A stretch of DNA of 32,248 nucleotides, taken from Bacteroidia bacterium. Its GTDB lineage: Bacteria; Bacteroidota; Bacteroidia; UKL13-3. Location of the stretch: positions 1 through 32,248 of the forward strand of contig JBGAVF010000001.1 in assembly GCA_044228315.1 (NCBI GenBank), given 5' to 3'. Position numbers and translations under genes: made by a program. The notes beneath the pieces are model-generated. The model did not search any database, had not been told where the DNA came from, and saw nothing but the letters and a program-made list of their open reading frames with translations. The first letter of the stretch is position 1. Each line of letters begins with the position of its first letter. This document shows positions 6,704 through 16,992 of the stretch, in pieces.

Positions 6704-9700
6704 ATGGCAAAAAAGACTACCCCACCGAAAGGATTACAGATGAATCGTTATTTCACCAACGACGAGGTAAACGTATACGATATGTTTACGTACGAGTTGC
6801 GTACCAGCCTTATTAAGGATCCGTCAGGAAAAACGATCTTCGAACTGAACAATGCCGAGGTACCCAGCACCTGGAGCCAAACCGCTACCGACATCCTCGC
6901 TCAGAAATATTTCCGCCGGGCCGGCGTACCGCAACCCGATGGTTCTACCGGTGGTGAAAGCAGTATTAAACAGGTAGCCCACCGACTGGCCAACTGCTGG
7001 AAAAAATGGGGTATGGAATACGGTTACTTTGCTTCGACCAAAGATGCTGAGATATTCTATGACGAAATAGTGTACACCATTATGGGACAGTACACCGCTC
7101 CGAATTCACCGCAATGGTTCAATACCGGACTGCGGTGGAATACGGTATCACCGGTAAGCCACAAGGTCACTATTATGTAGATCAGCGTACCGGCAAGCTG
7201 GAGCGTTCCACATCCGCCTACGAGCGTCCGCAGCCGCATGCCTGCTTTATCCTGAGCGTGGAAGACGATCTGGTGAACGAAGGCGGTATCATGGACCTGT
7301 GGGTGCGTGAAGCCCGTATCTTCAAATACGGCAGCGGGGTAGGAACCAACTTCAGCCGCATCCGCGGTGGGGGTGAAAAGCTGAGCGGCGGAGGTACCTC
7401 CAGCGGACTCATGAGCTTCCTGAAGATCGGTGACCGGGCTGCCGGCGCCATCAAATCGGGAGGAACCACACGCCGGGCTGCCAAAATGGTATGCCTCGAT
7501 CTGGACCATCCGGAAATTGTGGAGTTCGTGAACTGGAAGAAGAATGAAGAGAAGAAAGTAGCGGCCCTCATCGCCGCCGGATACGACAGCGGTTACGAAG
7601 GCGAAGCCTATGCTACCGTTTCAGGACAAAACAGCAATAACTCGGTACGTATCCCGAATTCATTCTTCGAAGCACTGGAGAAAGACGGCGACTGGGATCT
7701 CGTAGCCCGCAGCACCGGCAAACCAATGAAGAGCGTGAAAGCCCGTGAGTTGTGGAACATGATCAACGAGGCCGCATGGGCCTGCGCCGATCCGGGCGTA
7801 CAGTTCGATACCACCATCAACGAATGGCATACATGTCCCGAAGGCGGACGCATCAACGCAAGTAATCCTTGCAGCGAATACATGTTCCTCGATAACACAG
7901 CCTGTAACCTGGCCTCGCTGAACCTGATGAAGTTTTATAACAATGAAACCCGCAGTCTCAACGTAGAAGCCATTGAACATACCACCCGTCTGTGGACCGT
8001 AGTACTTGAGATATCGGTGCTGATGGCCCAGTTCCCGAGCCCGGAAGTGGCCCAGCTCTCCTACGACTACCGTACCCTGGGATTGGGTTATGCCAACCTC
8101 GGTACCGTGCTTATGGTTTCAGGTATTCCGTACGACAGCCCGGAAGCTACTGCCATCTGCGGCGCCGTATCGGCCATCCTCACCGGACGTGCCTATGCTA
8201 CTTCGGCTGAAATGGCTTCCATTCTTGGTGCCTTCCCGCGTTACAACGAAAACAAAGAACACATGCTGCGTGTGATGCGTAACCACCGTTATGCAGCCTA
8301 TAACAGCGTGAATAACTGCGAAGGATTGTCAATCCTTCCGGTAGGTATCGATCCGAAATATTGTCCGGTAGAGTTGCTCGAAGGAGCCACCTCGGCCTGG
8401 GATGAAGCCCTTCGCCTGGGTGAACAATACGGATACCGTAATGCACAAACCACGGTGATCGCTCCAACCGGCACCATCGGCCTGCTTATGGATTGCGACA
8501 CCACCGGTATCGAACCCGACTTCTCCCTCATCAAATACAAGAAACTTTCCGGTGGCGGATATTTCAAAATTGTGAACCAGGCCGTGCCTCAGGCGCTTGC
8601 CAACCTGGGTTACAGTGAAGAGCAGATCAGCGCCATCGAAAAGTATATGATCGGCCATGCTACGCTGGTAGGATGCACCGCCATCAGTCACGAAGCCCTC
8701 ATGGCCCGCGGCTTTACTGCCGAAGATATTGCCCGTGTGGAATCCGGACTGAAGAGTGCCTTCCAGATCGAGATGGTATTCAACAAGTTTACCCTGGGTG
8801 AAGAGGTGATGAAACATCTGGGATTCACCCCGGCACAATACGATGCACCGAACTTCAACATGCTGCGTGCCTTAGGTTTTACCCGTCAGGAGATCACCGA
8901 TGCCAACACCTGGGTATGCGGTACCATGATGATCGAAGGCGCTCCGGAACTGAAAGAAGAGCACTTGCCGGTATTCGATACCGCCAACCGCAACGGAGAG
9001 AACGGTACCCGTTACCTGCATGCCCATGCCCATATCCGCATGATGGCCGCTGCCCAGCCGTTCATGAGTGGTGCCATCAGCAAAACCATCAACCTGCCGA
9101 ACGAGGCCACTGTGGCCGATATTGAAAGCTGCTACGAGATGAGCTGGAAGCTGGGTTTGAAGGCCAATGCCCTGTACCGCGACGGTTGTAAATTATCGCA
9201 GCCGCTGAGCTCGAAGAGTGAGGTGAAAGATGAAGAAGAAAAACCAGGCGCCGAGATGGAAGTGGTAGAGAAAATCCTTGCCGACAATGCCGACAAGAAG
9301 ATTGCCGACCTTACTCCGGATCAGGTACTGGCCGCTGCCGTGAAGATCATCAACTCAAGCACCGATACCAAGTTCAAGCGTCAGCTTTCGAACATCGTAG
9401 AGAAAAAACGCCTGCCGGGCAAACGTACAGGCTTCACCCAAAAAGTGAAGATCGACGGACAAACCGTATTTGTGCGCACCGGTGAATACGGTGACGGAAC
9501 CCTGGGTGAGATCTTTGTGGACATCCATAAAGAAGGCGCCACCTTCCGCAGCCTCATGAACTGCTTCGCCATCGCTGTATCCATCGGCCTGCAGTATGGT
9601 GTGCCGCTGGAAGAGTTTGTGAGCAAATTTGCCTTTACCCGTTTTGAACCGGCCGGATTTATTGAGGGCCACGACAACATCAAGAGCTGTACCTCTATCG

Positions 9701-10056
9701 TGGACTTCATCTTCCGTCTGCTGGGCTTTGAATACCTGGGCAACGATGAACTGGTACAAATTAAACCGGAGAAAGTACAGAGTGTGGCCGATTCCGATGC
9801 TTTTAATGAGTTCGAGAACGAAAACGCCCACCATGTGGACCTCACCGACCTGCGTACCAACGCACCGGCACATACACACGGGGTTAAGCCCCTGCCTTCG
9901 GTAAGCGAAACCGATGCACAGATCTCGGCCGTGAATCAGTATATGAAGAGCCAGCAAAGCGACGCGCCACCGTGCTCCAACTGCGGACACATCACCGTAC
10001 GCAGCGGTACATGCTACAAATGCCTCAACTGTGGCAACAGCATGGGTTGCAGTTAA
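6704..10056 (+). CDS. nrdJ: adenosylcobalamin-dependent (class II) ribonucleotide reductase, interrupted by a 1-nt frameshift as sequenced
   Basis: ORFs 6704..7180 (frame 2) and 7114..10056 (frame 1) are the N and C parts of one protein. Motifs: APNSPQWFNTGL, PHACFIL, KYGSGVG, SGGTTRRAAKM, NPCSEY, VIAPTGTI, and a C-terminal CxxC..CxxC tail. Adding one G to the GG at 7137-7138 restores ..FNTGLRW-EYGITGKPQGHYYVD.. Confidence 0.9.
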
Positions 10057-10088
10057 TTAAAAGTAAGTAAGCCATAGATGTAGTCGAA

Positions 10089-10117
10089 AGCGCAGCAGCA
10101 ATGCTGCGCTTTTTTAT
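10089..10117 (+). terminator. rho-independent terminator after nrdJ
   Basis: agcgcagc-agcaat-gctgcgct followed by tttttatt. Confidence 0.8.
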
Positions 10118-10205
10118 TGAAACGGGGCCGTTTCGTGATTTTTTTATATTTTCGCGCCTCTTTGAAAAAGAAGAAAAATCGTATCCACCATTTATTCAAA
10201 CTATT

Positions 10206-12431
10206 ATGCAGAATTTGATTTACATCGTTCCACTTTTCGGGATCGTGTCCCTGTTGTACACGTATTTTAGATCCAAATGGGTAATTTCTCAGGATGCCGG
10301 TGATGAGCGTATGCAAAACATCAGTGCCGCTATTGCCGAAGGTGCCATGGCGTTTTTGAAGCAGGAGTACAAGGTACTGTCGGGCTTCGTGATCGTGATT
10401 GCAGGCCTGCTGGTATTCATGGGCGCTTCCAACAGCGACTCACATCCACTGGTAGCACTGGCCTTTGTGATCGGAGCCGTGTTTTCGGCCCTGGCCGGAT
10501 TCATCGGGATGAAGATCGCCACCCGTGCCAACGTGCGTACCGCACAAGCTGCTAAAACCAGCCTTCCGAAAGCCCTCAGCGTTTCGTTTGCCGGTGGCAG
10601 CGTAATGGGTATGGGTGTAGCCGGACTGGCCGTACTGGGATTGGGCGGTTTGTTCATTGTGTTCTGGCAGATGTTTGTGGTAAGTACCGGAGGTACTGCC
10701 AGCGGACATGATATGGAACGTGCCCTGGAGGTACTCACAGGCTTTAGTCTGGGTGCTGAAAGCATCGCCCTCTTTGCCCGTGTGGGAGGAGGTATATATA
10801 CCAAGGCTGCCGACGTAGGTGCCGACCTGGTAGGAAAAGTAGAAGCCGGTATTCCGGAAGATGACCCGCGTAACCCGGCCACCATTGCCGATAACGTAGG
10901 GGATAACGTAGGCGACGTAGCCGGTATGGGTGCCGACCTTTTTGGCTCCTACGTAGCCACTATGCTGGCTACCATGGTTATTGGCCGCGAGTTTAAAGTA
11001 ACCGACCATTTCGGGGGCATGAGTATGATCCTGGCCCCACTGGTGATCGGCGGACTGGGTATCCTGTTCTCCATCATCGGAACCCTGTTTGTGCGCATTA
11101 AAGAAGGTGGAAACGTTCAGGGTGCCCTTAACATGGGTAACTGGTCGTCCATCATTCTTACAGCCATCAGCTCATACTTCTTATTAACCTGGATGTTGCC
11201 GGAAGGCGAATTCAGCATCCGTGGCGGCGATCCGTTTTCATCTATGCATGTGTTCTATGCCGTGTTGATCGGATTGGTTGTAGGCGGACTGATCAGCTTG
11301 ATAACAGAATATTATACAGCCATGGGCCGCGGACCGGTGAATAAAATCATCGGACAGTCGGCTACCGGTGCCGCTACCAATATTATTGCCGGTTTATCGG
11401 TAGGTATGATGAGCACCATGTTGCCTATTATAGTACTTGCTTCAGGTATTGTAGCCAGTTATAAAATTGCCGGATTATACGGGGTGGCCATTGCCGCTGC
11501 CGGTATGATGGCTACCACTGCTATGCAGCTCGCTATTGACGCGTTTGGTCCCATCGCCGACAATGCCGGTGGTATTGCCGAGATGTGTGAATTGCCGAAA
11601 GAAGTACGCGAGAAAACAGATATTCTGGATGCCGTGGGTAATACCACTGCTGCTACCGGAAAAGGATTTGCCATTGCTTCGGCTGCCTTGACCTCATTGG
11701 CATTGTTTGCTGCCTTTATGGGCGCTGCCAAGATCGACCATATCGACATTTCCAATGCCAATGTACTGGCCGGTTTGTTCATAGGTGGTATGATCCCTTT
11801 CGTATTCTCGGCCCTGGCCATGAGTGCGGTAGGTAAAGCAGCCATGGATATGGTGAATGAGGTCCGTCGTCAGTTCCGCGAAATTCCGGGCATTATGGAA
11901 TACAAAACCAAGCCCGATTACGACCGTTGTGTGGCCATCTCTACCAAAGCCGCCATCCGCGAAATGATCCTCCCGGGCTTAATGGCCCTTACCGTGCCGG
12001 TGATCGTGGGCTTTGCCTTCGGTGCAGAGGTACTGGGTGGTGTATTGGCCGGTGTTACCGTTTCCGGTGTGTTAATGGCCATCTTCCAGTCGAATGCCGG
12101 TGGTGCATGGGATAATGCCAAGAAATCGTTCGAGAAAGGTGTAGAGATCACCGTGAACGGTAAGAAAGAAATGTTCTACAAGAAATCAGAACCGCACAAA
12201 GCGGCAGTAGTAGGTGATACCGTGGGTGATCCGTTCAAGGATACTTCCGGTCCATCCATGAACATCCTCATTAAGTTGATGAGTATTGTGTCATTAGTGA
12301 TTGCACCTTCTATTTATAAAATGCATGGCGGACATACCAATGTGGTAGCTCCTGAGCCAAAAGTAATTGAAAGCGGATCACCGGCTCCACAGGCCCCGGC
12401 TTCCACCATCGATTACAACACAGTAAAGTAA
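10206..12431 (+). CDS. hppA: membrane-bound pyrophosphatase, K+-stimulated type
   Basis: Polytopic protein with the likely start [12 protein letters not shown] at 10206. Motifs: [43 protein letters not shown] (Ala rather than Lys after GNTT marks the K+-dependent subfamily) and [11 protein letters not shown]. Confidence 0.92.
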   Translation: MQNLIYIVPLFGIVSLLYTYFRSKWVISQDAGDERMQNISAAIAEGAMAFLKQEYKVLSGFVIVIAGLLVFMGASNSDSHPLVALAFVIGAVFSALAGFIGMKIATRANVRTAQAAKTSLPKALSVSFAGGSVMGMGVAGLAVLGLGGLFIVFWQMFVVSTGGTASGHDMERALEVLTGFSLGAESIALFARVGGGIYTKAADVGADLVGKVEAGIPEDDPRNPATIADNVGDNVGDVAGMGADLFGSYVATMLATMVIGREFKVTDHFGGMSMILAPLVIGGLGILFSIIGTLFVRIKEGGNVQGALNMGNWSSIILTAISSYFLLTWMLPEGEFSIRGGDPFSSMHVFYAVLIGLVVGGLISLITEYYTAMGRGPVNKIIGQSATGAATNIIAGLSVGMMSTMLPIIVLASGIVASYKIAGLYGVAIAAAGMMATTAMQLAIDAFGPIADNAGGIAEMCELPKEVREKTDILDAVGNTTAATGKGFAIASAALTSLALFAAFMGAAKIDHIDISNANVLAGLFIGGMIPFVFSALAMSAVGKAAMDMVNEVRRQFREIPGIMEYKTKPDYDRCVAISTKAAIREMILPGLMALTVPVIVGFAFGAEVLGGVLAGVTVSGVLMAIFQSNAGGAWDNAKKSFEKGVEITVNGKKEMFYKKSEPHKAAVVGDTVGDPFKDTSGPSMNILIKLMSIVSLVIAPSIYKMHGGHTNVVAPEPKVIESGSPAPQAPASTIDYNTVK

Positions 12432-12457
12432 TTACTGAGAAACCGATAAAAAACGAA

Positions 12458-12491
12458 ACGCCGCAGATTCAACACCTGCGGCGTTTTTTTA
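12458..12491 (+). terminator. rho-independent terminator after hppA
   Basis: acgccgcag-attcaacac-ctgcggcgt followed by a T run. Confidence 0.8.
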
Positions 12492-12572
12492 TAGTAGGAA
12501 CTTACAAAGCCATTGACAAAACAGGGTATGCATTCCCGCAAAACATGACAGTATAAATACTGCATAGTAGAC

Positions 12573-12580
12573 TACCTTTG
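12573..12580 (+). promoter_or_regulatory. -7 box (TAnnTTTG) for the 12616 gene
   Basis: tacctttg lies 35 nt upstream of the ATG. Confidence 0.4.
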
Positions 12581-12615
12581 CATTCGCATTCAAAAAACAA
12601 ATTCAGATAGATTCA

Positions 12616-13284
12616 ATGAAAGTAATCATAACCGGAACCACCGGCATGGTGGGAGAGGGGGTAATGCTTCACTGCCTTTCCCGTCCCGATATTACAGAGG
12701 TGCTGAGCGTTAGCCGCAAGCCCACAGGGATGAACCACCCGAAACTGAAGGAATACCTTGTGCCCGATTTTATGTCGTTGACACCGGGTGATGAAAAGCT
12801 GAAGGGCTATGATGCTTGTTTCTTTTGTGCCGGAGTAAGCAGCGTGGGCATGAAGGAAGACGAATACAGGCGCATGACCTACGACACTACATTGCATTTT
12901 GCGCAGGCCTTGCAGCCCAATGCGGGCATGGCTTTCGTGTATGTGAGCGGTGGGGGCACCGATAGTACCGAGAAGGGCCGAATGATGTGGGCACGGGTAA
13001 AAGGAAAAACTGAGAACGACCTGATGAAATTGCCGTTCCGGCAGGTGTTTGCTTTCCGGCCCGGCTTTATGAAAGCCATTCCCGGCCAGGTGCGTGTGCT
13101 GCCCATGTATAAGTATGTAGCCTGGCTTTTTCCGGTATTACGTAAGGTGTCGCCAAACATTGTGAATACACTCGAAGAAGTAGGTCAGGCCATGCTGTAT
13201 GCCGCACAGCACGGATATGAAAAGAACGTGGTGGAGGTGAAGGATATTTATATCCTGGCCGGCCGCGCACAAAGCGAAGGGTAA
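12616..13284 (+). CDS. NAD(P)H-binding, atypical short-chain dehydrogenase/epimerase-like protein
   Basis: N-terminal Rossmann motif MKVIITGTTGMVGEGV. 222 aa. Confidence 0.75.
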   Translation: MKVIITGTTGMVGEGVMLHCLSRPDITEVLSVSRKPTGMNHPKLKEYLVPDFMSLTPGDEKLKGYDACFFCAGVSSVGMKEDEYRRMTYDTTLHFAQALQPNAGMAFVYVSGGGTDSTEKGRMMWARVKGKTENDLMKLPFRQVFAFRPGFMKAIPGQVRVLPMYKYVAWLFPVLRKVSPNIVNTLEEVGQAMLYAAQHGYEKNVVEVKDIYILAGRAQSEG

Positions 13285-13342
13285 GGTGTAGATTCATGTG
13301 GTGATAACGAAGGCGGCCACCGCATATAAGAGGCAAAATAAA

Positions 13343-13377
13343 CAAAAAAGGCCGCCGGTAAGGGCAGCCTTTCTTTC
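13343..13377. terminator. bidirectional terminator between convergent genes
   Basis: Hairpin ggccgcc-ggtaag-ggcagcc (one mismatch), flanked by an A run on the left and a T-rich stretch on the right. It lies between the 13284 (+) and 13391 (-) gene ends. Confidence 0.55.
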
Positions 13378-13390
13378 GGTATTTGATGGG

Positions 13391-15868
13391 TTATTTCTTG
13401 TCTTTCTCCTCCACAATTTTCAGGTCCATGGCGTTGCTTACTTTTTCTTTCAGTAAAGCGATCTTCAGCACATCCATCATCTCATCCACATAATGGAATT
13501 TCAAACCTTTCAGGTATTCGGCTTTTATTTCATCCACATCTTTTTTATTCGAACGGCACAGAATGATCTCGGAGATGCCGGCACGTTTGGCGGCCAGTAT
13601 CTTCTCTTTCACGCCTCCTATTGGTAATACTTTCCCACGCAGGGTTATTTCACCGGTCATGGCCAGCTTACTTTTCACCTTGCGCTGGGTCACCAGGGAG
13701 GCAAGGGAGGTAAGCATGGTAATACCGGCGCTCGGCCCGTCTTTCGGTACGGCACCCGCGGGAACGTGAATATGGATATCGTACCGGTCGAAGATGCGCG
13801 GGTCAACGCCCAGGGAATCGCCGTACGATTTGAGGTAGGTGAGGGCCGTGATGGCACTCTCTTTCATTACATCGCCCAGTTGCCCGGTAAGCGTGAGTTT
13901 GCCGTTGCCTTTGGTAAGGCGGCTTTCAATGAACAATATTTCACCGCCAACCTGTGTCCAGGCCAGTCCGGTTACCACACCTGCAATATCATTGTTCTGG
14001 TATTCTTCCTTCTCAATTTTCTCGGCTCCCAGTATTTTTAAAATATCTTCTTCCGTTACACTGCGGCTGGCTTTTTTATCCATCACGATGCGCATGGCGA
14101 ATGCACGGGTGAGTGCAGCGATGCGTTTTTCCAGTCCCCGCACCCCGCTTTCACGGGTATAACCGGCAATGAGTTTTTCGATCATCTTATCACTCATCGT
14201 AAAATCCTTCGACTTCAGGCCATGGTCTTCACGCTGCTTTGGAATGAGGTATTTCTTGGCGATCTCGATCTTCTCTTCCATCGTGTACCCGTTGAGTTCA
14301 ATGATCTCGAGGCGGTCGAGCAGGGCGGGTTGAATGGTTTCAAGGCTGTTGGCCGTGGCAATGAAAAGCACATTGCTGAGGTCGTAATCCAGCTCAAGGT
14401 AGTTATCGTAGAAAGCATTGTTTTGTTCCGGGTCAAGCACTTCCAGCAGGGCACTCGATGGGTCGCCCCGGAAGTCGTTACCTACTTTATCAATTTCATC
14501 GAGCACCATCACCGGATTGCTGGTGCCGCTTTTCTTAATGCTTTGAATGATACGACCCGGCATGGCACCGATATAGGTTTTGCGGTGTCCGCGGATCTCG
14601 GCCTCATCGTGCAGGCCCCCGATGCTCATGCGGATGTATTTGCGTCCCACGGCCTTGGCTATGGATTTCCCCAAGGAGGTTTTACCAACTCCCGGAGGGC
14701 CATACAGGCAAAGGATCGGGCTCTTCATATTGCCTTTCAGCTTTATCACGGCAAGGTATTCGAGGATGCGGTCCTTGATCTTGTCGAGCCCGTAGTGGTC
14801 CTCGTCCAGTACTTTCTTGGCCCGTTTCAGGTCGAAGTTGTCTTTCGACTTCTCGTTCCATGGCAGATCGAGCAGGAGCTGCAGGTAGTTCATCTGCGTG
14901 CCGAACTCGGGGCTCATGGGGTTGATGCGCTGTATCTTTTCCAGCTCTTTCTGAAAATGGGCCGCCGTGGCTTTGGGCCAGTCTTTTTTTGCGGCGCGTT
15001 CTTTCAGGTTGGCTACTTCTTTATCCGGCCCTTCCTGCCCCAGCTCTTCCTGAAAGGCTTTGATCTGCTGCTGTATGAAGTATTCTTTCTGCTGCTTGTC
15101 GATCTCGAGGCGGGCCTTGTTCTGTATCTCCGTTTTCATTTCCAGCAACTGCAGGTCCTTGATCACCAGGGCCAGCACGCGTTCGGCGCGTTGCTTGAAG
15201 TTGTCGGTTTCGAGAATGCGTTGTTTTTCCTGCAGGTCAACCGCGAGGTTCGACGAAATGAAATGCACCAGGAATATCGGGTCGTTGATATTACGCAGGG
15301 CCACGGTGGCCTCGGAAGGGATATTGGGCGACAGGTTGATGAATCGGTTGGCGGTATCTTTAATGCTGTCGAGGAGGGCACTCAGCTCGGTATCTTTCTT
15401 GTCGATCTTGTTTTCCTTGAGTTCCGAAACCCGGGCCGTGATGTACGGTTCGGTGGATACTACTTCTTTGATCTGAAAGCGTTTTTTCCCCTGAATGATC
15501 ACGGTGGTGTTGCCATCGGGGAGGCGCAGCATACGAAGGATCACGGCTACGGTGCCGATCTCGTTGAGGTCCTTGATACCGGGTTCTTCAATATTGCCGT
15601 CTTTTTGTGAAACCACCCCTACAATTTTGGATGTTTTGTGGTGGTCCTTGATCAGTTTGATGGATTTATCGCGGCCTACGGTGATGGGGATGATCACACC
15701 CGGAAACAACACGGTGTTGCGCAGGGGGAGGATCGGCAGTACATCGGGTACCTTTATATCGACATTGGATACATCTTCACCGGTAAGCGGAATCAGGTCG
15801 ATGGATTCATTTTCATCGTCCATGATGCTGGAAGTAATTATTACGGGGTCTTTGGATTCTCTGCTCAT
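13391..15868 (-). CDS. lon: ATP-dependent Lon protease (endopeptidase La)
   Basis: N-terminal LON domain (LPILPLRNTVLFPG), Walker A GPPGVGKTS, Walker B VMVLDEIDK, and catalytic Ser motif PKDGPSAGI with downstream Lys (GGVKEKILAAKRAG). 825 aa. Confidence 0.95.
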   Translation of the reverse strand: MSRESKDPVIITSSIMDDENESIDLIPLTGEDVSNVDIKVPDVLPILPLRNTVLFPGVIIPITVGRDKSIKLIKDHHKTSKIVGVVSQKDGNIEEPGIKDLNEIGTVAVILRMLRLPDGNTTVIIQGKKRFQIKEVVSTEPYITARVSELKENKIDKKDTELSALLDSIKDTANRFINLSPNIPSEATVALRNINDPIFLVHFISSNLAVDLQEKQRILETDNFKQRAERVLALVIKDLQLLEMKTEIQNKARLEIDKQQKEYFIQQQIKAFQEELGQEGPDKEVANLKERAAKKDWPKATAAHFQKELEKIQRINPMSPEFGTQMNYLQLLLDLPWNEKSKDNFDLKRAKKVLDEDHYGLDKIKDRILEYLAVIKLKGNMKSPILCLYGPPGVGKTSLGKSIAKAVGRKYIRMSIGGLHDEAEIRGHRKTYIGAMPGRIIQSIKKSGTSNPVMVLDEIDKVGNDFRGDPSSALLEVLDPEQNNAFYDNYLELDYDLSNVLFIATANSLETIQPALLDRLEIIELNGYTMEEKIEIAKKYLIPKQREDHGLKSKDFTMSDKMIEKLIAGYTRESGVRGLEKRIAALTRAFAMRIVMDKKASRSVTEEDILKILGAEKIEKEEYQNNDIAGVVTGLAWTQVGGEILFIESRLTKGNGKLTLTGQLGDVMKESAITALTYLKSYGDSLGVDPRIFDRYDIHIHVPAGAVPKDGPSAGITMLTSLASLVTQRKVKSKLAMTGEITLRGKVLPIGGVKEKILAAKRAGISEIILCRSNKKDVDEIKAEYLKGLKFHYVDEMMDVLKIALLKEKVSNAMDLKIVEEKDKK

Positions 15869-15965
15869 GCATTCATTAAATTACGTAAGAGAGGCATTTT
15901 CAATACCTGTGCCATCTCCCGGCATCGGGACTTTTGTCAGTGAATTGGACTAAATGTGCCATATT

Positions 15966-16316
15966 TTAAGCATTTGGCGCATTTTCATCTGACAGGTGAA
16001 AGCCTTCCGGCCAGGCATCAGCCTCCGATGCCCGGGCTTCCACTTCAAGCGGGTTGTTATAATACCCGTGGATGAGGCTGTAATACAGGTACCGGATAAG
16101 GAAGCCGGCAACCCCGTAACGACGGTACTGAAGCACATGCTGCAACTCGTGTCGTACATAACGCGGGGCGTTGAGAAAATCGTTTTTACTGATGCCCCAG
16201 AGGTAAATGGTTTTGTGTACCACCAGGGCACAGCGTGTTGACTTCAGCTTGCGGGCACCCAGGCGCGCAAGCATCGAGTTTTCACAGATGGAAACATACA
16301 CGGGTTCCGGTTCCAT
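15966..16316 (-). CDS. small HExxH protein, DUF4157-like putative metallopeptidase domain
   Basis: 116 aa, with TIYLWG..(12)..RHELQHVLQY followed by NPLEVEA. This pattern resembles DUF4157 (..I.f....llaHEL.HV.Q). It lies 30 nt downstream of the lipoprotein gene on the same strand. Confidence 0.45.
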   Translation of the reverse strand: MEPEPVYVSICENSMLARLGARKLKSTRCALVVHKTIYLWGISKNDFLNAPRYVRHELQHVLQYRRYGVAGFLIRYLYYSLIHGYYNNPLEVEARASEADAWPEGFHLSDENAPNA

Positions 16317-16346
16317 CGTGGGTGGATTTATGGGTATTAGACAGAA

Positions 16347-16880
16347 TTATTTGGTGAACACCCAGCGCTCCACATACGAGTGGTTGGCATTGGCATTGAG
16401 GTCGTTGATATCGGTGATGGTGAGAATAAGTTTATCGGACCACAAACCGGTGATGTCGAACGATTTGAAGCCCGATAGTACGAGACCGTCCTTTTTGGTT
16501 TTATCATTCCACGACCAGCCTTTATCTGCAATGCTGCGGGTGTAGTTCAATCCATTGGTGGCAATGGTTTCTGTATATGTGTACGTGGCATCGGTGATGG
16601 TGAGTTTCCCGTTAATGGTGCCGATATAGGTTTTAGCCAGTGTATCTGTGCCGCGTGTTTCAGTATATTTTCCTTTGAGCAGGGTACGCACCACGCTGTT
16701 GACTACGCCCGTGGCGTCCTTATCGAAATCCTGAATCTGCAGTTCGCTTAAGGTCCATTCTCCCTTGAGCCGGTCAATACGTTTATTGATGGAAATGATG
16801 GGATCTTCTTCCCCCTTTTTTATACATCCACCCAATGTGGCGACGAGTAAAAAAAACGTAATTAATTTCATTAAGCGCAT
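16347..16880 (-). CDS. lipoprotein, hypothetical (beta-rich, lipocalin-like size)
   Basis: Signal peptide plus lipobox LVATLGGC. 177 aa. Confidence 0.7.
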   Translation of the reverse strand: MRLMKLITFFLLVATLGGCIKKGEEDPIISINKRIDRLKGEWTLSELQIQDFDKDATGVVNSVVRTLLKGKYTETRGTDTLAKTYIGTINGKLTITDATYTYTETIATNGLNYTRSIADKGWSWNDKTKKDGLVLSGFKSFDITGLWSDKLILTITDINDLNANANHSYVERWVFTK

Positions 16881-16975
16881 ATTGTCTTATTTTGAATGCA
16901 AATATCCGAAAAATGATGGATTATCCTAAATAGCAAAGACTTTTCATGATTTTCAATTTACAAGCAGATTAAACT

Positions 16976-16983
16976 TAAATTTG
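16976..16983 (+). promoter_or_regulatory. candidate -7 box (TAnnTTTG)
   Basis: taaatttg ends 9 nt before ATG 16993, which would make the mRNA nearly leaderless. The TTG start used by the ORF track lies inside this box. Confidence 0.3.
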
Positions 16984-16992
16984 CACCCGTTC

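Noticed and set aside
7114-7180. Programmed -1 ribosomal frameshifting in nrdJ.
   Set aside because: There is no slippery X-XXY-YYZ heptamer or obvious downstream stimulatory structure. A missing G in a GG(G) run restores a conserved protein sequence exactly.
6704-10056. An intein or large foreign insertion in nrdJ, suspected because of its length (about 1,117 aa).
   Set aside because: The acidic/lysine-rich linker (about 9200-9420) and the C-terminal Cys-rich tail are normal features of long class II RNRs. No intein splice-junction motifs were seen.
14222-15610. A 462-aa ORF antisense to lon. Similar long antisense ORFs are 5207..6028 (era), 7057..9990 set (nrdJ), 10289..11009 (hppA), 20515..21075 (mfd) and 24733..25482 (dnaE).
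   Set aside because: They lie entirely inside strongly supported genes on the other strand and have low-complexity, motif-free translations. They are typical shadow ORFs of moderately GC-rich coding DNA.
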